The translations under genes were made by a program, and so were the position numbers. A stretch of 64,000 nt of DNA from the NCBI GenBank assembly GCA_963668025.2, contig CAXXTH010000023.1, positions 160,001 to 224,000 on the forward strand. The letters run 5' to 3'. Of this stretch, positions 39,139 through 49,606 are shown piece by piece (the stretch's first letter is position 1; every line of letters begins with the position of its first letter). The notes below the pieces were generated by a model that was given only the letters and a program-made list of their open reading frames with translations, had not been told where the DNA came from and searched no databases. Source of the DNA: Candidatus Hydrogenedentota bacterium. Its GTDB lineage: Bacteria; Hydrogenedentota; Hydrogenedentia; Hydrogenedentales; SLHB01.

Positions 39139-39519
39139 TTAATTTAAGGCGCGCTTATATGCGGCCAACAGGAAAGCTCCACCCAGGAGCAGGACGATGG
39201 AAAGCGGGGCCCATGCCAGCGGGACCGCCTTGCCGTCTTTTGTCGTGCCGCCTTCGAGCCAATTCTGGACCAGCTTGGCGTCGAGCAGGTTCACAATGCC
39301 GTCTTCATTGACATCGGCGGACCAGAAACTGCCTTCCGGCAACACGGCGGCCCCAACGGCTACCTGGTTGATGAGTTTCACATCGGCGGAAGTCACCACG
39401 CCATCCGCGTTGGCGTCGCCCTTCAATGCGCCGATCGGCGCATTGTCAGCCGCGCAGGCCATGCCCGCAAATCCCATCACCAACATGCCCGCCAGCAATA
39501 CGATCCCAATCTTGCCCAT
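39139..39519 (-). CDS. Small dockerin-domain protein with signal peptide and C-terminal membrane anchor
   Basis: Paired dockerin Ca-loops GDANADGVVTSAD and ADVNEDGIVNLLDA; C-terminus VPLAWAPLSIVLLLGGAFLLAAYKR. Confidence 0.8.
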   Translation of the reverse strand: MGKIGIVLLAGMLVMGFAGMACAADNAPIGALKGDANADGVVTSADVKLINQVAVGAAVLPEGSFWSADVNEDGIVNLLDAKLVQNWLEGGTTKDGKAVPLAWAPLSIVLLLGGAFLLAAYKRALN

Positions 39520-39599
39520 CGCTGCATTACTCCTCGGTTTAGTATGCATTACCTATCGCTATTCCGGCGCACGGTGCAGCCGCGCGCCGGATTCGAGCC

Positions 39600-41969
39600 T
39601 TATTTACGGGCGTCCTTGCGCGGCGACATGCATACCGCCGCAGCGCCAGCCAAAGACATCGCCAAGGCCAGCGCAATCCAGCCCAGCGGCACCGGCACGC
39701 TGTCCGCCGAATAAGGATTGCTCCCTATATTCCACTCTTTCTCATCCGAAAATCCGTCGTCATCGCTATCGAGGTCGAGGAAATTCGGCAATTCATCGCC
39801 ATCTACATTCGGGCCTTCCGCGACGTTGTTTTCATATTCATCGCTGATGCCGTCATCATCGCTGTCGAGATCGCGGAAATTCGGGATGCTGTCCGCATCG
39901 GGATCGCCCGAGCCTTCCTCTAGGTCAGGAATCGTGTCGCTATCGCTGTCCGAATCCCGGAAATCCGCCACGCCGTTGGCGTTGGTGTCGGGCGGATTGG
40001 TGGGCGTCGGCGCGCCTTCGATGGCATCCGAGATCGAATCGTCATCGCTGTCCGTATCGAGATAATCCGGCGTTGTATCGCCATCGGTATCAATCGGCGT
40101 ATTGGGATTTGGCCCCATTTCGGCGCTATCGGGGATGCCGTCGCCGTCCGAGTCGCCGGTGCTGCTACTGGCGGAAACCACCAGATTCACCGCCGCACCT
40201 GGAACGGCGTCCTCTCCGGCGTCGGGGTCTTGAGAGAGCACCTGGCCGATGGGCTTCGTCGAAGATTGATATGTGACCGTTCCCACGACCAAGCCGCTTG
40301 CGGCGATGGCGTCGCGGGCAGCGGTTTCGTGCTGGCCCACCACATCAGGCACGGGCACTACGCCCGAGCCGGACGAGACGGTGATGTCGACAGCGGTTCC
40401 CGGCGCAACGGATGCGCCGCTCGAGGGTGTCTGGCCGATGATTTCACCCGCAGGCTCGGCGCTGGCCTGATAGTAGGTGCTGCCGACATAAAGGTAAACC
40501 GCAGAAAGGGTTGCGGCAGCCGTATCCTCTTGTGCGCCAATGAGTGCCGACACCGTGGTCGAGCCTGGCGATAGAGGCGTACTGGCGGCGCTGGCGGGAT
40601 TGCTGCCCTTGAAGTATTCCATCAGGTTGGAATAGTTATCGCTGTCCATATCCCCGAGGGGGCCATTGACGCCTAAAATGCCCGAACCCGCCGTCGAGCT
40701 AAGCCCGAAAGTGGCCTCCCAGTCATCCGGCATACAGTCGCCGTCTACGTCCGTCCGGCGCAAACCCGGCGCTAGGATGTAATCGAGACTTTCCTCTGAA
40801 GTGGAACTGCTGGTGGCGGCCGTGGCGGTGATATACATGCCGGGGAATTTGCTGGCTACATCGCCCGCTAACGTCCATGTGCCATTCGCTAACGCGGTGG
40901 CGGCGCCGATGTACCCCGTCAATTGGGGATGAGCGCCCGCAAGGTAGGGATCCACGTAGACTTGGACGCTGCTGAGCGCCGGGGCAATACCTGTGACCGA
41001 ACCCAAAGCAAGGTTCGTTGGCTGTACGGGCGGAGTGCGATAGCCATCTTCTTCATGCCAATTGATGGCCACGCCCACACCGGAGCCGTCGTCGATGTGG
41101 TGAATGGAATTGCCTGCTATATAAAAGGTGCCGGTAGCGTCCTCGAACGGATCGCCTACCTGTACGCCCGCGTACTGGGCATATGTGATCGTGTTTCCGC
41201 TTACATTGGCGTTTGAAGTAAGGCCACGCAGTACAATCGCGTACTCGCTTCGGGAACTCAACGCGGGAATAGTTCCGTTTGCATCCATACCGAACACATT
41301 ATTGGAGATCGTGGCGCCGGTGAAACTGCGCAACAGGATGTCGGCGCTTGGCAGCACGGCAGTGCCCAAATTGCTATAGAAGGTGCAGCCCGTGATGGCG
41401 ATGGTGCTGTTGGCCACATTGTCCGCGGGGAAGGGCTGGGTGGATATGCCAGACTGCTGGAGGCTGCCATGGATGATGCAATTGGTGATGGTGGTGTTGC
41501 TGGCCTTGGTGATGTATACGCCGCACAATTTCGGGGAGGCAATCTCCACATTTTCAAGCGTGACATACGAACAATTTTTTAGGTTGAACGCATGGCTTTT
41601 CGCGCCGGTCACCTTCAAATTGCGGAACACATATTTCGCGGCCCCATCTTCAAACTGGAACATTGCGGCCGGCAAGGAAGCGGAGCCGTCGATCACGATC
41701 GTGTGGCCCGTGCCATCAATCGTGACGGCGGTAGTGTTGACTGCCGTAAAGGCCAGCGTGTTTGCAAGGGAGATCGTGTAATTCGCTTGGAAGTTGATCG
41801 TATCGCCCGCGGCGGCGGAGGCGATAGCCGCCCGCAGGCTGCCGACGCCGCTATCCGCGTTGGTGGTGACGGTGATAGTGGCGGCGTGGGCGGGCGCGAA
41901 ATTGAGCATGCAACTGGCCATGATTCCCACGAACAACAACAAACGTGGCTGTTTCGACATCTTTCGCAT
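39600..41969 (-). CDS. Cell-surface protein: beta-helix, PASTA domain(s), thrombospondin-3-like Asp repeats, C-terminal anchor
   Basis: Signal peptide; [16 protein letters not shown]; parallel beta-helix repeats; VPDVVG..V+SQDP PASTA; DSDxDGIxD repeats; C-terminus [26 protein letters not shown]. Confidence 0.82.
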   Translation of the reverse strand: MRKMSKQPRLLLFVGIMASCMLNFAPAHAATITVTTNADSGVGSLRAAIASAAAGDTINFQANYTISLANTLAFTAVNTTAVTIDGTGHTIVIDGSASLPAAMFQFEDGAAKYVFRNLKVTGAKSHAFNLKNCSYVTLENVEIASPKLCGVYITKASNTTITNCIIHGSLQQSGISTQPFPADNVANSTIAITGCTFYSNLGTAVLPSADILLRSFTGATISNNVFGMDANGTIPALSSRSEYAIVLRGLTSNANVSGNTITYAQYAGVQVGDPFEDATGTFYIAGNSIHHIDDGSGVGVAINWHEEDGYRTPPVQPTNLALGSVTGIAPALSSVQVYVDPYLAGAHPQLTGYIGAATALANGTWTLAGDVASKFPGMYITATAATSSSTSEESLDYILAPGLRRTDVDGDCMPDDWEATFGLSSTAGSGILGVNGPLGDMDSDNYSNLMEYFKGSNPASAASTPLSPGSTTVSALIGAQEDTAAATLSAVYLYVGSTYYQASAEPAGEIIGQTPSSGASVAPGTAVDITVSSGSGVVPVPDVVGQHETAARDAIAASGLVVGTVTYQSSTKPIGQVLSQDPDAGEDAVPGAAVNLVVSASSSTGDSDGDGIPDSAEMGPNPNTPIDTDGDTTPDYLDTDSDDDSISDAIEGAPTPTNPPDTNANGVADFRDSDSDSDTIPDLEEGSGDPDADSIPNFRDLDSDDDGISDEYENNVAEGPNVDGDELPNFLDLDSDDDGFSDEKEWNIGSNPYSADSVPVPLGWIALALAMSLAGAAAVCMSPRKDARK

Positions 41970-42120
41970 GTTCCTCTCGAGTCTGGATGGAAGCCTGGCT
42001 CCCATCAACCGCACGGGCATACCCCAGACGCCCGCATGAAACACCGCCGTCAGAAGTAAAAAATGCTCGGCCTGTATCTTGCCGCCACTTCTGCATCGAG
42101 CCGAAGGCCCAGACACATTG

Positions 42121-42129
42121 ATTATAACA
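42121..42129 (-). promoter_or_regulatory. Extended -10 element for the surface-protein/dockerin/pilin cluster
   Basis: TGTTATAAT on the minus strand; no convincing -35. Confidence 0.4.
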
Positions 42130-42450
42130 TAATGTGCAAGGCCTGAAGAAGCGTGTTTTACTACAAAACATGTATCTTGTCTACCAGATAGACGCCTCCT
42201 ACTGCAAGCCTAATCTGATTTCCACCCAACGGATATACTGGACACGATGATATCAGGTTTATCTTGAATCCTATTTCGCGCAAAGCCGCTAAGCCGCAAA
42301 GGCCTATAAAAGACGAACAGCAGGAATATTTCAGCACATCCTAACAATACTTGATTCATTTGCACTACTATCAGGCAAAACGTTGTTTTCTTGCGAAGAT
42401 TCTCAATGCAAATCCAGTCACATCATGAAGTTGCATATCGCGGCTCTTCA

Positions 42451-42476
42451 CATGGGCGGGACGCCCATGCTACGGG
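42451..42476. repeat. CATGGGCGGGACGCCCATG palindrome (GTGGCATGG family)
   Basis: Same core as the palindrome inside 51195-51347. Confidence 0.6.
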
Positions 42477-42721
42477 AGCTAACAAACGGAGAAAGATATA
42501 TTGGCGTTCATTCGCGTCCATTCGCGGTAAAAAAGGCTTGCCGTTTGGTTGCGTCCATGCCTCACGGTGGAATGCAGCGCATTCCTTAACGGACACATTC
42601 CCCGCTTTACACCGCCGGGCAAAACATGATATTCTGCTTTTTAACATCCTGCAAATCCAGGAACTTCGGTTTGGGGAACAAACTGATGCATGCTCAATTA
42701 TTCGAGCAAAGGGATACCTGC

Positions 42722-45700
42722 ATGCTCTTTCGACGAAAGAGCGCAGTGGGAACTCTTATGTTTTTGGTGCTCTCGAACCACGCTTCCGCCCAAACGGAGC
42801 CTGCGGCGTCTTGGATTTTCCCGCCTGTGGCGCTGATTTTTGCCATTGCCGTGCTGGCCGCGCTAGCTGGCATCCTTCTATTCGTTCATATCCGCCATTT
42901 CAAGGCCACGGAAGCGTATAAGCAAGACCTTGAACGGCTAAAAGCCGCCGCGTACTCCGGCAAAGTAGGCCTATGGGAACTCCGCCCCACGGAGCGCACC
43001 TTTCACGCCGATGACAGTTTCAAAGCCTTGCTGGGCTATATGCCGGATGAACTGGACGCCCAGTTGCGCACATGGTACGGCATGCTGTGGCTGGATGATT
43101 GGCGCAAAATGCGCGGCTCCCCCCGGCGGGGTCCAGGGAATTCCGAGCCCCGCTCGGAATTTGAGCATCGCATGCTCCATAAAGATGGGAGCGTACGCTG
43201 GTTTTTGACCAGTGCGTCACTGGCTGGGCGCAATGCGGGCCATCCCATGCGCGTGCTTGGCACCAGCATGGATATCACGGAACGAAAATCCGCGGGCGAA
43301 GCGTTGCGGCAAGCGGAAGAACGCCTGCATGCCATCATTGAGAGTGCGGATGACATGATTTATTTCCTTCCGCTTTTTCCCGGTAAAATGCAACTGCTCA
43401 ACGATGCGTGCGTACGCGTGACGGGCTATTCGCGGGAGAAGCTGGAAACCTATCCCGAGCTGTGGGAGCAAATCGTCCATCCAGACGATAGGAATGCTTC
43501 GTTTCTATTCCATAAAACACATTTGGCAGGATGCGCCCGGCACGAGAAAGAATACCGCCTCCGGTCCCAAACCGGTGAATGGAAATATCTGCATTCGCTC
43601 ATGATCGGCGCGCGTGACGCTCGAGGCAAGTACGTGGGGTATTACTGCATCGACCGCGAACTGACCCAGATGTACAAAGCCGAAGAAGCCTTGCGCGCAA
43701 GCGAAGCCCAACTCCGCGCTATTTTCGAACACGCCGCTTTGGGAATTGTGCGGGTCACGCCAGATGGAGCCATTAAAGAACTCAATCCCGCCATCACGAA
43801 TATGATTGGCTATACCCAAGAAGAAATCTTCGGCACATGGATATCGGACCATCTGATCGATGGCATTTCGGAAGAAGAAGAACGGCAACTGGATGAAATG
43901 CGCGCAGGCGTCCAGCTCCATATCACCATGGAAAAACGGCTGCGGCGAAAAGACGGCCGGACCGTTTGGAGCAAACTATCCGCGTCATGCGTCCAGCGGC
44001 CAAATGGAGAACCAGACTTCTTTATCGCACTAGCTGAAGATATCACCGAGCAGCGGGAAGCGGAAGTGCTGTTTACGATGCTGCGTGATTTGGGCCTGGC
44101 GTTGGGCTCCATCCGGAGTCTAGGCGAAGTGCTCGATCGCGTATTGGAAGCCATATGCAGTTTGGAAGCGGTCAGTGCGGGCGGCATCTACTTGATCGAG
44201 CCCGGGACAGGGCACCTGAAGCTCATGGCGCACAAGGGGATTTCAGAAACATTCGCCACTCAAGCCGCCAGCATCCAATCCGGCCCAATCGAAATATGGC
44301 AAGCAGTCCCTTGGAGCCCCCTGTATTTATCCATGGACGCTATCCCCGGCCTGGAAGAACAGGCGCAGTTGCGCCATGAGGGATTCCGCTGCGGCGCGAT
44401 GATCCCTATTCATCATGAAGGCATCATGCTGGGCTCCATTACTGCCGCCTCGCGCGTATACAGTAATTTCCCACGCAATGCGCGAAGCTCTCTCGAGTCC
44501 ATCGCCAGCCATGTGGGCAGCGTCATCACACGGGTGCGCACCGAAGAAGCCCTTCGGGAGTCACAAGAGCGAGTGCGGGCTTTCCTTGATAATGTCCAAG
44601 ACACCATCTATTTTTTATCGCTAAACGGCGATATGCGCATCCTGACTGGTGGATGGAAAAACGCAGCGGATTATCCATCCGCCATCAGCGAAAATGATTC
44701 CATGGCCTGGCGCGCCTGCATCCATCCCGATGATCTACTCTTGTTTGAACAACACCCAGCCAACCGGCATAGCTATGAACTCGAATACCGGATGAAGAAC
44801 AAGCGGGGCGAATGGCGCTGGTATCAATCCCGCCGGAATGCCGCCAAAACAAACGGCGACCCCGCGACCGGTTTTTATTGTGTGGACCGGGATATCACCC
44901 GGACCAAACAAATTGAAGAGGTATTGCGCGATACGGAGCGCCGGCAAGCGGATATTATCAGCTTCCTGCCAGACGCCACTTTTGTGATCAATGAAGAAAA
45001 GCGGGTCATCGCCTGGAACCGGGCCATGGAAACCCTCACCGGCGTGCCCGCCGATGAAATGCTCCGGCAAGGCGATTGCCGGTATTCCATTCCTTTTTAT
45101 GGCATTCGCCGCCCAATGCTGATTGATATGGTGCATGAACCCATCGAAGCCATCCGCCCGTTCTACCCAGATTTGCATCTATCGAATGGCATCCTAACCG
45201 CATCAAGCGCTCCACGTGAACTCAAGGACGGGAAACGGCATTTGTTGTCCACGGCGACCCCGTTGTATGACGCCGGGGGAAACCGGATTGGCGCCATCCA
45301 GTGCATTCGCGATATCACCGTAGTGAGAGAAGCAGAAGCCGAACGTGAGCGTCTCGAACTCCAGATGCAACAAGCCCAGAAGCTCGAAAGCCTGGGCGTG
45401 CTGGCGGGCGGCATTGCCCATGATTTTAATAATTTGCTGATGGGCGTCCTCGGCAACGCCAGCATGGCGCTGTTGGAGATGGACCTGAACTCGCCAGCCC
45501 GGAACAGCATCGTGCAAATCGAGACTACCGCCCAACGCGCCGCGGAACTCACCAAGCAGCTTCTGGCGTACTCGGGGCGCGGCAAGTTTGTGGTGGAACC
45601 CATCAACTTATCGATGTTGGTGCATGAAACCGCCCATCTGCTGGAAGTATCCATCTCCAAAAAAGCCGCTATTCGGTATCATTTGGCGGAAGACCTTCCC

Positions 45701-46519
45701 GCTATCGAGGCAGACGCCTCCCAAATCCGCCAAGTCATCATGAACCTGATCACCAATGCCTCCGACGCCATCGTGAGTGAAAATGGGACAATCACCATCA
45801 CTACGGGAGCTTGCCATTGCACAAAAGAATCCCTGCGGGATACCTATTTGGCGGATGACCTGAAAGCGGGCAAATACGCCTTTGCCGAGGTCGCCGATAC
45901 CGGCATGGGCATGGATGAAGAAACCATTCAGCGCATTTTCGATCCGTTTTTCACGACCAAGTTTACCGGCCGCGGCTTAGGATTGGCCGCGGTTCTTGGC
46001 ATAGTTAGAGGACATGGAGGTGCTTTGAAAGTGGATAGTGAACCCGGACGAGGATCTGTATTTCGCGTTTATTTCCCCACATGTGACAGGCAGCCCATTC
46101 GTTCCGCGCCGCCTGCCGCCAGTATGGATGCCTGGCATGGAAGCGGGCTTGTGTTATTTGCAGACGATGAAACAAGCGTGCGTTCTTTGGGGGAACGCAT
46201 CTTGAAGCGCGCCGGTTTCAGTGTGGCCGCGGCCGCCGACGGCCAGGAAGCCGTGGAGATTTTCCGGGCGCGCGCCAGCGAAGTCAAGCTGGTGCTGCTC
46301 GATATGACCATGCCAATTATGAACGGGGAAGAAGCTTTCCGGGCGATGCGCGATATCCGGGAAGACATCCCGATTCTGTTATCGAGCGGATATAATGAAC
46401 AGGACGCCGTGCAATCGTTCATGGAAGGCGGACTGGCTGGCTTCATCCAGAAGCCCTACCGGCCTTCCGAGCTCATTACATTGATCCGCAATGTGCTATC
46501 GAAATCGGCTACGACATAA
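42722..46519 (+). CDS. Hybrid sensor histidine kinase (multiple PAS/PAC, GAF, HisKA, HATPase, REC)
   Basis: LAGGIAHDFNNLL, NLITNA, DTG.GM, FFTTKFTGRGLGL; receiver DDE..DMTMP..KP. Confidence 0.95.
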   Translation: MLFRRKSAVGTLMFLVLSNHASAQTEPAASWIFPPVALIFAIAVLAALAGILLFVHIRHFKATEAYKQDLERLKAAAYSGKVGLWELRPTERTFHADDSFKALLGYMPDELDAQLRTWYGMLWLDDWRKMRGSPRRGPGNSEPRSEFEHRMLHKDGSVRWFLTSASLAGRNAGHPMRVLGTSMDITERKSAGEALRQAEERLHAIIESADDMIYFLPLFPGKMQLLNDACVRVTGYSREKLETYPELWEQIVHPDDRNASFLFHKTHLAGCARHEKEYRLRSQTGEWKYLHSLMIGARDARGKYVGYYCIDRELTQMYKAEEALRASEAQLRAIFEHAALGIVRVTPDGAIKELNPAITNMIGYTQEEIFGTWISDHLIDGISEEEERQLDEMRAGVQLHITMEKRLRRKDGRTVWSKLSASCVQRPNGEPDFFIALAEDITEQREAEVLFTMLRDLGLALGSIRSLGEVLDRVLEAICSLEAVSAGGIYLIEPGTGHLKLMAHKGISETFATQAASIQSGPIEIWQAVPWSPLYLSMDAIPGLEEQAQLRHEGFRCGAMIPIHHEGIMLGSITAASRVYSNFPRNARSSLESIASHVGSVITRVRTEEALRESQERVRAFLDNVQDTIYFLSLNGDMRILTGGWKNAADYPSAISENDSMAWRACIHPDDLLLFEQHPANRHSYELEYRMKNKRGEWRWYQSRRNAAKTNGDPATGFYCVDRDITRTKQIEEVLRDTERRQADIISFLPDATFVINEEKRVIAWNRAMETLTGVPADEMLRQGDCRYSIPFYGIRRPMLIDMVHEPIEAIRPFYPDLHLSNGILTASSAPRELKDGKRHLLSTATPLYDAGGNRIGAIQCIRDITVVREAEAERERLELQMQQAQKLESLGVLAGGIAHDFNNLLMGVLGNASMALLEMDLNSPARNSIVQIETTAQRAAELTKQLLAYSGRGKFVVEPINLSMLVHETAHLLEVSISKKAAIRYHLAEDLPAIEADASQIRQVIMNLITNASDAIVSENGTITITTGACHCTKESLRDTYLADDLKAGKYAFAEVADTGMGMDEETIQRIFDPFFTTKFTGRGLGLAAVLGIVRGHGGALKVDSEPGRGSVFRVYFPTCDRQPIRSAPPAASMDAWHGSGLVLFADDETSVRSLGERILKRAGFSVAAAADGQEAVEIFRARASEVKLVLLDMTMPIMNGEEAFRAMRDIREDIPILLSSGYNEQDAVQSFMEGGLAGFIQKPYRPSELITLIRNVLSKSATT

Positions 46520-46605
46520 GCTCAACCTATTGATAGCGCATTTCGAAAAAAACACTTTAAATGGAAGAACGATGTACTATACACGCGGCTGCGCGTTGCC
46601 GTTCG

Positions 46606-48474
46606 TCACTTGGTTGACGCACCACGCAGCCAATGCTCGAGCATGAGTAGCGCCCAGAGGTGATGGCCCAAATTGGCGCGCCGTTCAACATGATCACGGC
46701 GAAGGGCGCGCACGGCATCGAGCTGAAAAAACGACCCAATACGCGCATCGGAAGCAAGCGCCACCTCATCAAAATGCCGGAGCAGTTCACCGCGAAACCA
46801 GCCGTGGATGGGTATGGCGAAGCCCTGTTTGCGCTGGCGGAGCAGTTCGGGCGGCAGGAAGCCGCGCAAGGCGTGCTTGACGAGTAGTTTCGATGTGCGG
46901 CCATGCCATTTAAGATTAAAGGGTACGGTCACCGCGAACTCGACGATGCGGTGATCGAGCAGCGGCACGCGCAATTCCAGTCCCACTGCCATGCTCATAC
47001 GGTCCACCTTCGTCAAAATATCATCCGGCAAATACATGGCCGTGTCGTGATACAGCAAACGATTTTCTACATCCAATGAAGCGCAAGCGGCGCTGTGCTC
47101 CTCGAAACGGTCCACGGCGCTTGCTGCGATGGAGCGGGCGAATTCCGGCGCGTACAAGCCCGCACGCTGTTCATCAGTGAAACAGGTGTGGCGCTCTCGG
47201 AAAGCCTCGATAGGCCCAAGGAGCGCGCCGCGATGAAACCGGCGCAGCTTGTCCACGAGGGGAGAGCCTGGCGCAAACCGCAGGGCGGCCCCGATGAGGA
47301 CGCGCGCGGGAGCGGGCATGCGGGCATAGGCGGCGCTACGAAGGGCCATATGGGTCCACGTATAGCCCGCGAACAATTCATCCCCGCCATCCCCCGAGAG
47401 CGCCACAGTCACCTGTTCGCGGGCAACTTTAGACACCAGCCACGTGGGGATGGCCGAGGAATCGCCGAATGGTTCACCGAAATGCCGCACGAGGCGTTCC
47501 GCCGCTTCCGCGCCATCAGGGTGCAGCACGGCCTCCGTGTGGTCCGTGCCGAAATGCCGCGCAGCGATACGGGCGTAACGCAGTTCATCGTAGCGGGCGT
47601 CGTCGAAGCCGATTGTGAATGTCTTGACTGGCCTCGATGCGTGGCGCGCCAGCATGCCCACCACGGCGCTGGAATCGAGTCCGCCGCTGAGAAGCGCTCC
47701 CAGGGGCACATCGCTCACGCGCTGGAGCCGCACGGCGCTGTCCAGCAATTCCATATACCGTTCCGCCGCGCTATCCAGGGTCCAGGAAGCATCCAGCGCC
47801 CACTGCAAGCGCCAGTACGGCTCGATGGATATGCCGCCTTTTTCCAGGACAAGCTTTTCACCGGGCCGCAGCTTGCGAATATGGCGGTATATGGTGTCTG
47901 GCGCGGGGATATACAAAAACGCTAGGTAAGCGTCGAGCGACGCTGGCTCAATACCGCCCGTGTTGATTCCCGAACGCAACAGCGCATCCAGCTCGGACGC
48001 GAAAGCGAAGGTTCCATCGCGAAAGGCATAATAGAGTGGCTTGATCCCCAGGCGGTCGCGCGCCAGCAACAGCCGCTGGCGCGGCATGTCATACAATGCG
48101 AAAGCGAACATGCCATTCAGGCGTTCGAGCACTCCGTCGCCCCAGGCGCGATAGCCATGCAGCAGGACTTCCGTGTCGCTCTGGGTGCGAAACACATGCC
48201 CCCGGCCCTCGAGTTCCTGGCGCAATTCGCGGTAATTATAAATCTCTCCATTGAACACCACAATCAGCGCGCCATCTTCCGTGGCCATAGGCTGGCGGCC
48301 TTGCTCGATGTCAATAATGCTGAGGCGGCGCATGGCCAGGATCGCCGAACCGCCATTCCACAGGCCGCCATCATCCGGGCCGCGATGGCGCAAGGCTTCA
48401 TTCATCACGGCAACGGCAAGCTCGGAGGCCATCCGTCCGGGTTCCGTGTGGGCGAGGCCGCAAATGCCGCACAC
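46606..48474 (-). CDS. asnB: Asparagine synthase-like glutamine amidotransferase
   Basis: MCGICG, HRGPD, RRLSIID, NGEIYN, LSGGLDSS and SGDGGDELFAGY; clustered with GT4 genes. Confidence 0.93.
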   Translation of the reverse strand: MCGICGLAHTEPGRMASELAVAVMNEALRHRGPDDGGLWNGGSAILAMRRLSIIDIEQGRQPMATEDGALIVVFNGEIYNYRELRQELEGRGHVFRTQSDTEVLLHGYRAWGDGVLERLNGMFAFALYDMPRQRLLLARDRLGIKPLYYAFRDGTFAFASELDALLRSGINTGGIEPASLDAYLAFLYIPAPDTIYRHIRKLRPGEKLVLEKGGISIEPYWRLQWALDASWTLDSAAERYMELLDSAVRLQRVSDVPLGALLSGGLDSSAVVGMLARHASRPVKTFTIGFDDARYDELRYARIAARHFGTDHTEAVLHPDGAEAAERLVRHFGEPFGDSSAIPTWLVSKVAREQVTVALSGDGGDELFAGYTWTHMALRSAAYARMPAPARVLIGAALRFAPGSPLVDKLRRFHRGALLGPIEAFRERHTCFTDEQRAGLYAPEFARSIAASAVDRFEEHSAACASLDVENRLLYHDTAMYLPDDILTKVDRMSMAVGLELRVPLLDHRIVEFAVTVPFNLKWHGRTSKLLVKHALRGFLPPELLRQRKQGFAIPIHGWFRGELLRHFDEVALASDARIGSFFQLDAVRALRRDHVERRANLGHHLWALLMLEHWLRGASTK

Positions 48475-48475
48475 G

Positions 48476-49606
48476 TTAAGCTCCCCGAACCAGCGAACGC
48501 GCCAGCATCCGGTTATAGAGTTCGCGGTAGGAAGCGGCCATGCGTTCCACGGAGAATTCGGCGCGGATGCGTTCGCCCGCCCGGGCGGCCAATGCGCGGG
48601 CCTTTTTAGGATTATCGAGAAGACTGGCGATGGCGTTTGCGAACTCTTCAGGTGCGCGGGAAGATACCAGGCATCCCGTTACGCCGTCTTCGACTAGCTC
48701 GGGAATGCCTCCCGCTTGGGCTGCTACGACGGGAACGCCTGCCGCCATGGCTTCCATGATGGCGTTTGGGGAGCCTTCGACTTTCGAGCAGAGGACGAAT
48801 ACGTCCATGATACGGTACAAATCCGCGATATCCGCGACGGTCGAGACTTGCGTGAAACACCGCTCCAGGCCTTGCGCACGAATACTCCGCATGGTGTCAA
48901 GCCGCGTGGGGCCCGCGCCCACCATGAGGAAATGGGCGTCTGGGCGCTGCCGCAGCAATGCACGCGCGGACGCCACGAACAACGCATGATCTTTCACCGG
49001 GCTAAAGTTCGCCACAATGCCTACAATGGGGCCTTCGGCGGGCATATGAAACCGGTTCCGCACATCCGCCGGAAGCGCCCCGCTTACGTAGGCATCCGCG
49101 TCGATGCCATTCGGAATGACCAGATACCGCGATAGGTCGCATCCCTCTTGTCGTGCGGAAAAATCCGCCACGGCGCGGCTGTTCGCCACGATGGCGTCCA
49201 CCAGTTCATTGGCCTTTCGTTGAATGCGCAGGTGGCGGGGCCGTTTCCAGGTAGCGAGTTCGCGGCGGCTCGATATCACCACGGGCACGCCCGTATCGCG
49301 CGCGGCGCGGTTGGCGGCGAGGTCGAAACCGAACATGAAGGTATGCACGATATCGGGCCGGTGGGCGCGGAAATGCTTTCGGAGCTTCGCGCGCATGCGG
49401 ACATCCCAGCCACGCAGCACAGTCCAGCCATCCAACACATGCAAATAGACGCCCGCCCGCCGCACATCGCCCGCCAGCGAGCCGTCATGATTTGTGCAGA
49501 AGATGCTCACCTCGAATTCGCCCGCCAATACCCGGGCCAAGCGGCAAAGCTGTTGCTCCGTGCCGCCGACGCCCATCGTAGGGATGACGTAACATAGCCG
49601 TTTCAT
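48476..49606 (-). CDS. Glycosyltransferase family 4
   Basis: GGTEQQ, IPNGID and EGSPNAIMEAMAAGVPVVA. Confidence 0.92.
   Translation of the reverse strand: MKRLCYVIPTMGVGGTEQQLCRLARVLAGEFEVSIFCTNHDGSLAGDVRRAGVYLHVLDGWTVLRGWDVRMRAKLRKHFRAHRPDIVHTFMFGFDLAANRAARDTGVPVVISSRRELATWKRPRHLRIQRKANELVDAIVANSRAVADFSARQEGCDLSRYLVIPNGIDADAYVSGALPADVRNRFHMPAEGPIVGIVANFSPVKDHALFVASARALLRQRPDAHFLMVGAGPTRLDTMRSIRAQGLERCFTQVSTVADIADLYRIMDVFVLCSKVEGSPNAIMEAMAAGVPVVAAQAGGIPELVEDGVTGCLVSSRAPEEFANAIASLLDNPKKARALAARAGERIRAEFSVERMAASYRELYNRMLARSLVRGA

Noticed and set aside
39718-40160. Tandem-like GTC/ATC repeats
   Set aside because: Explained by Asp-rich thrombospondin-3-like protein repeats on the minus strand.
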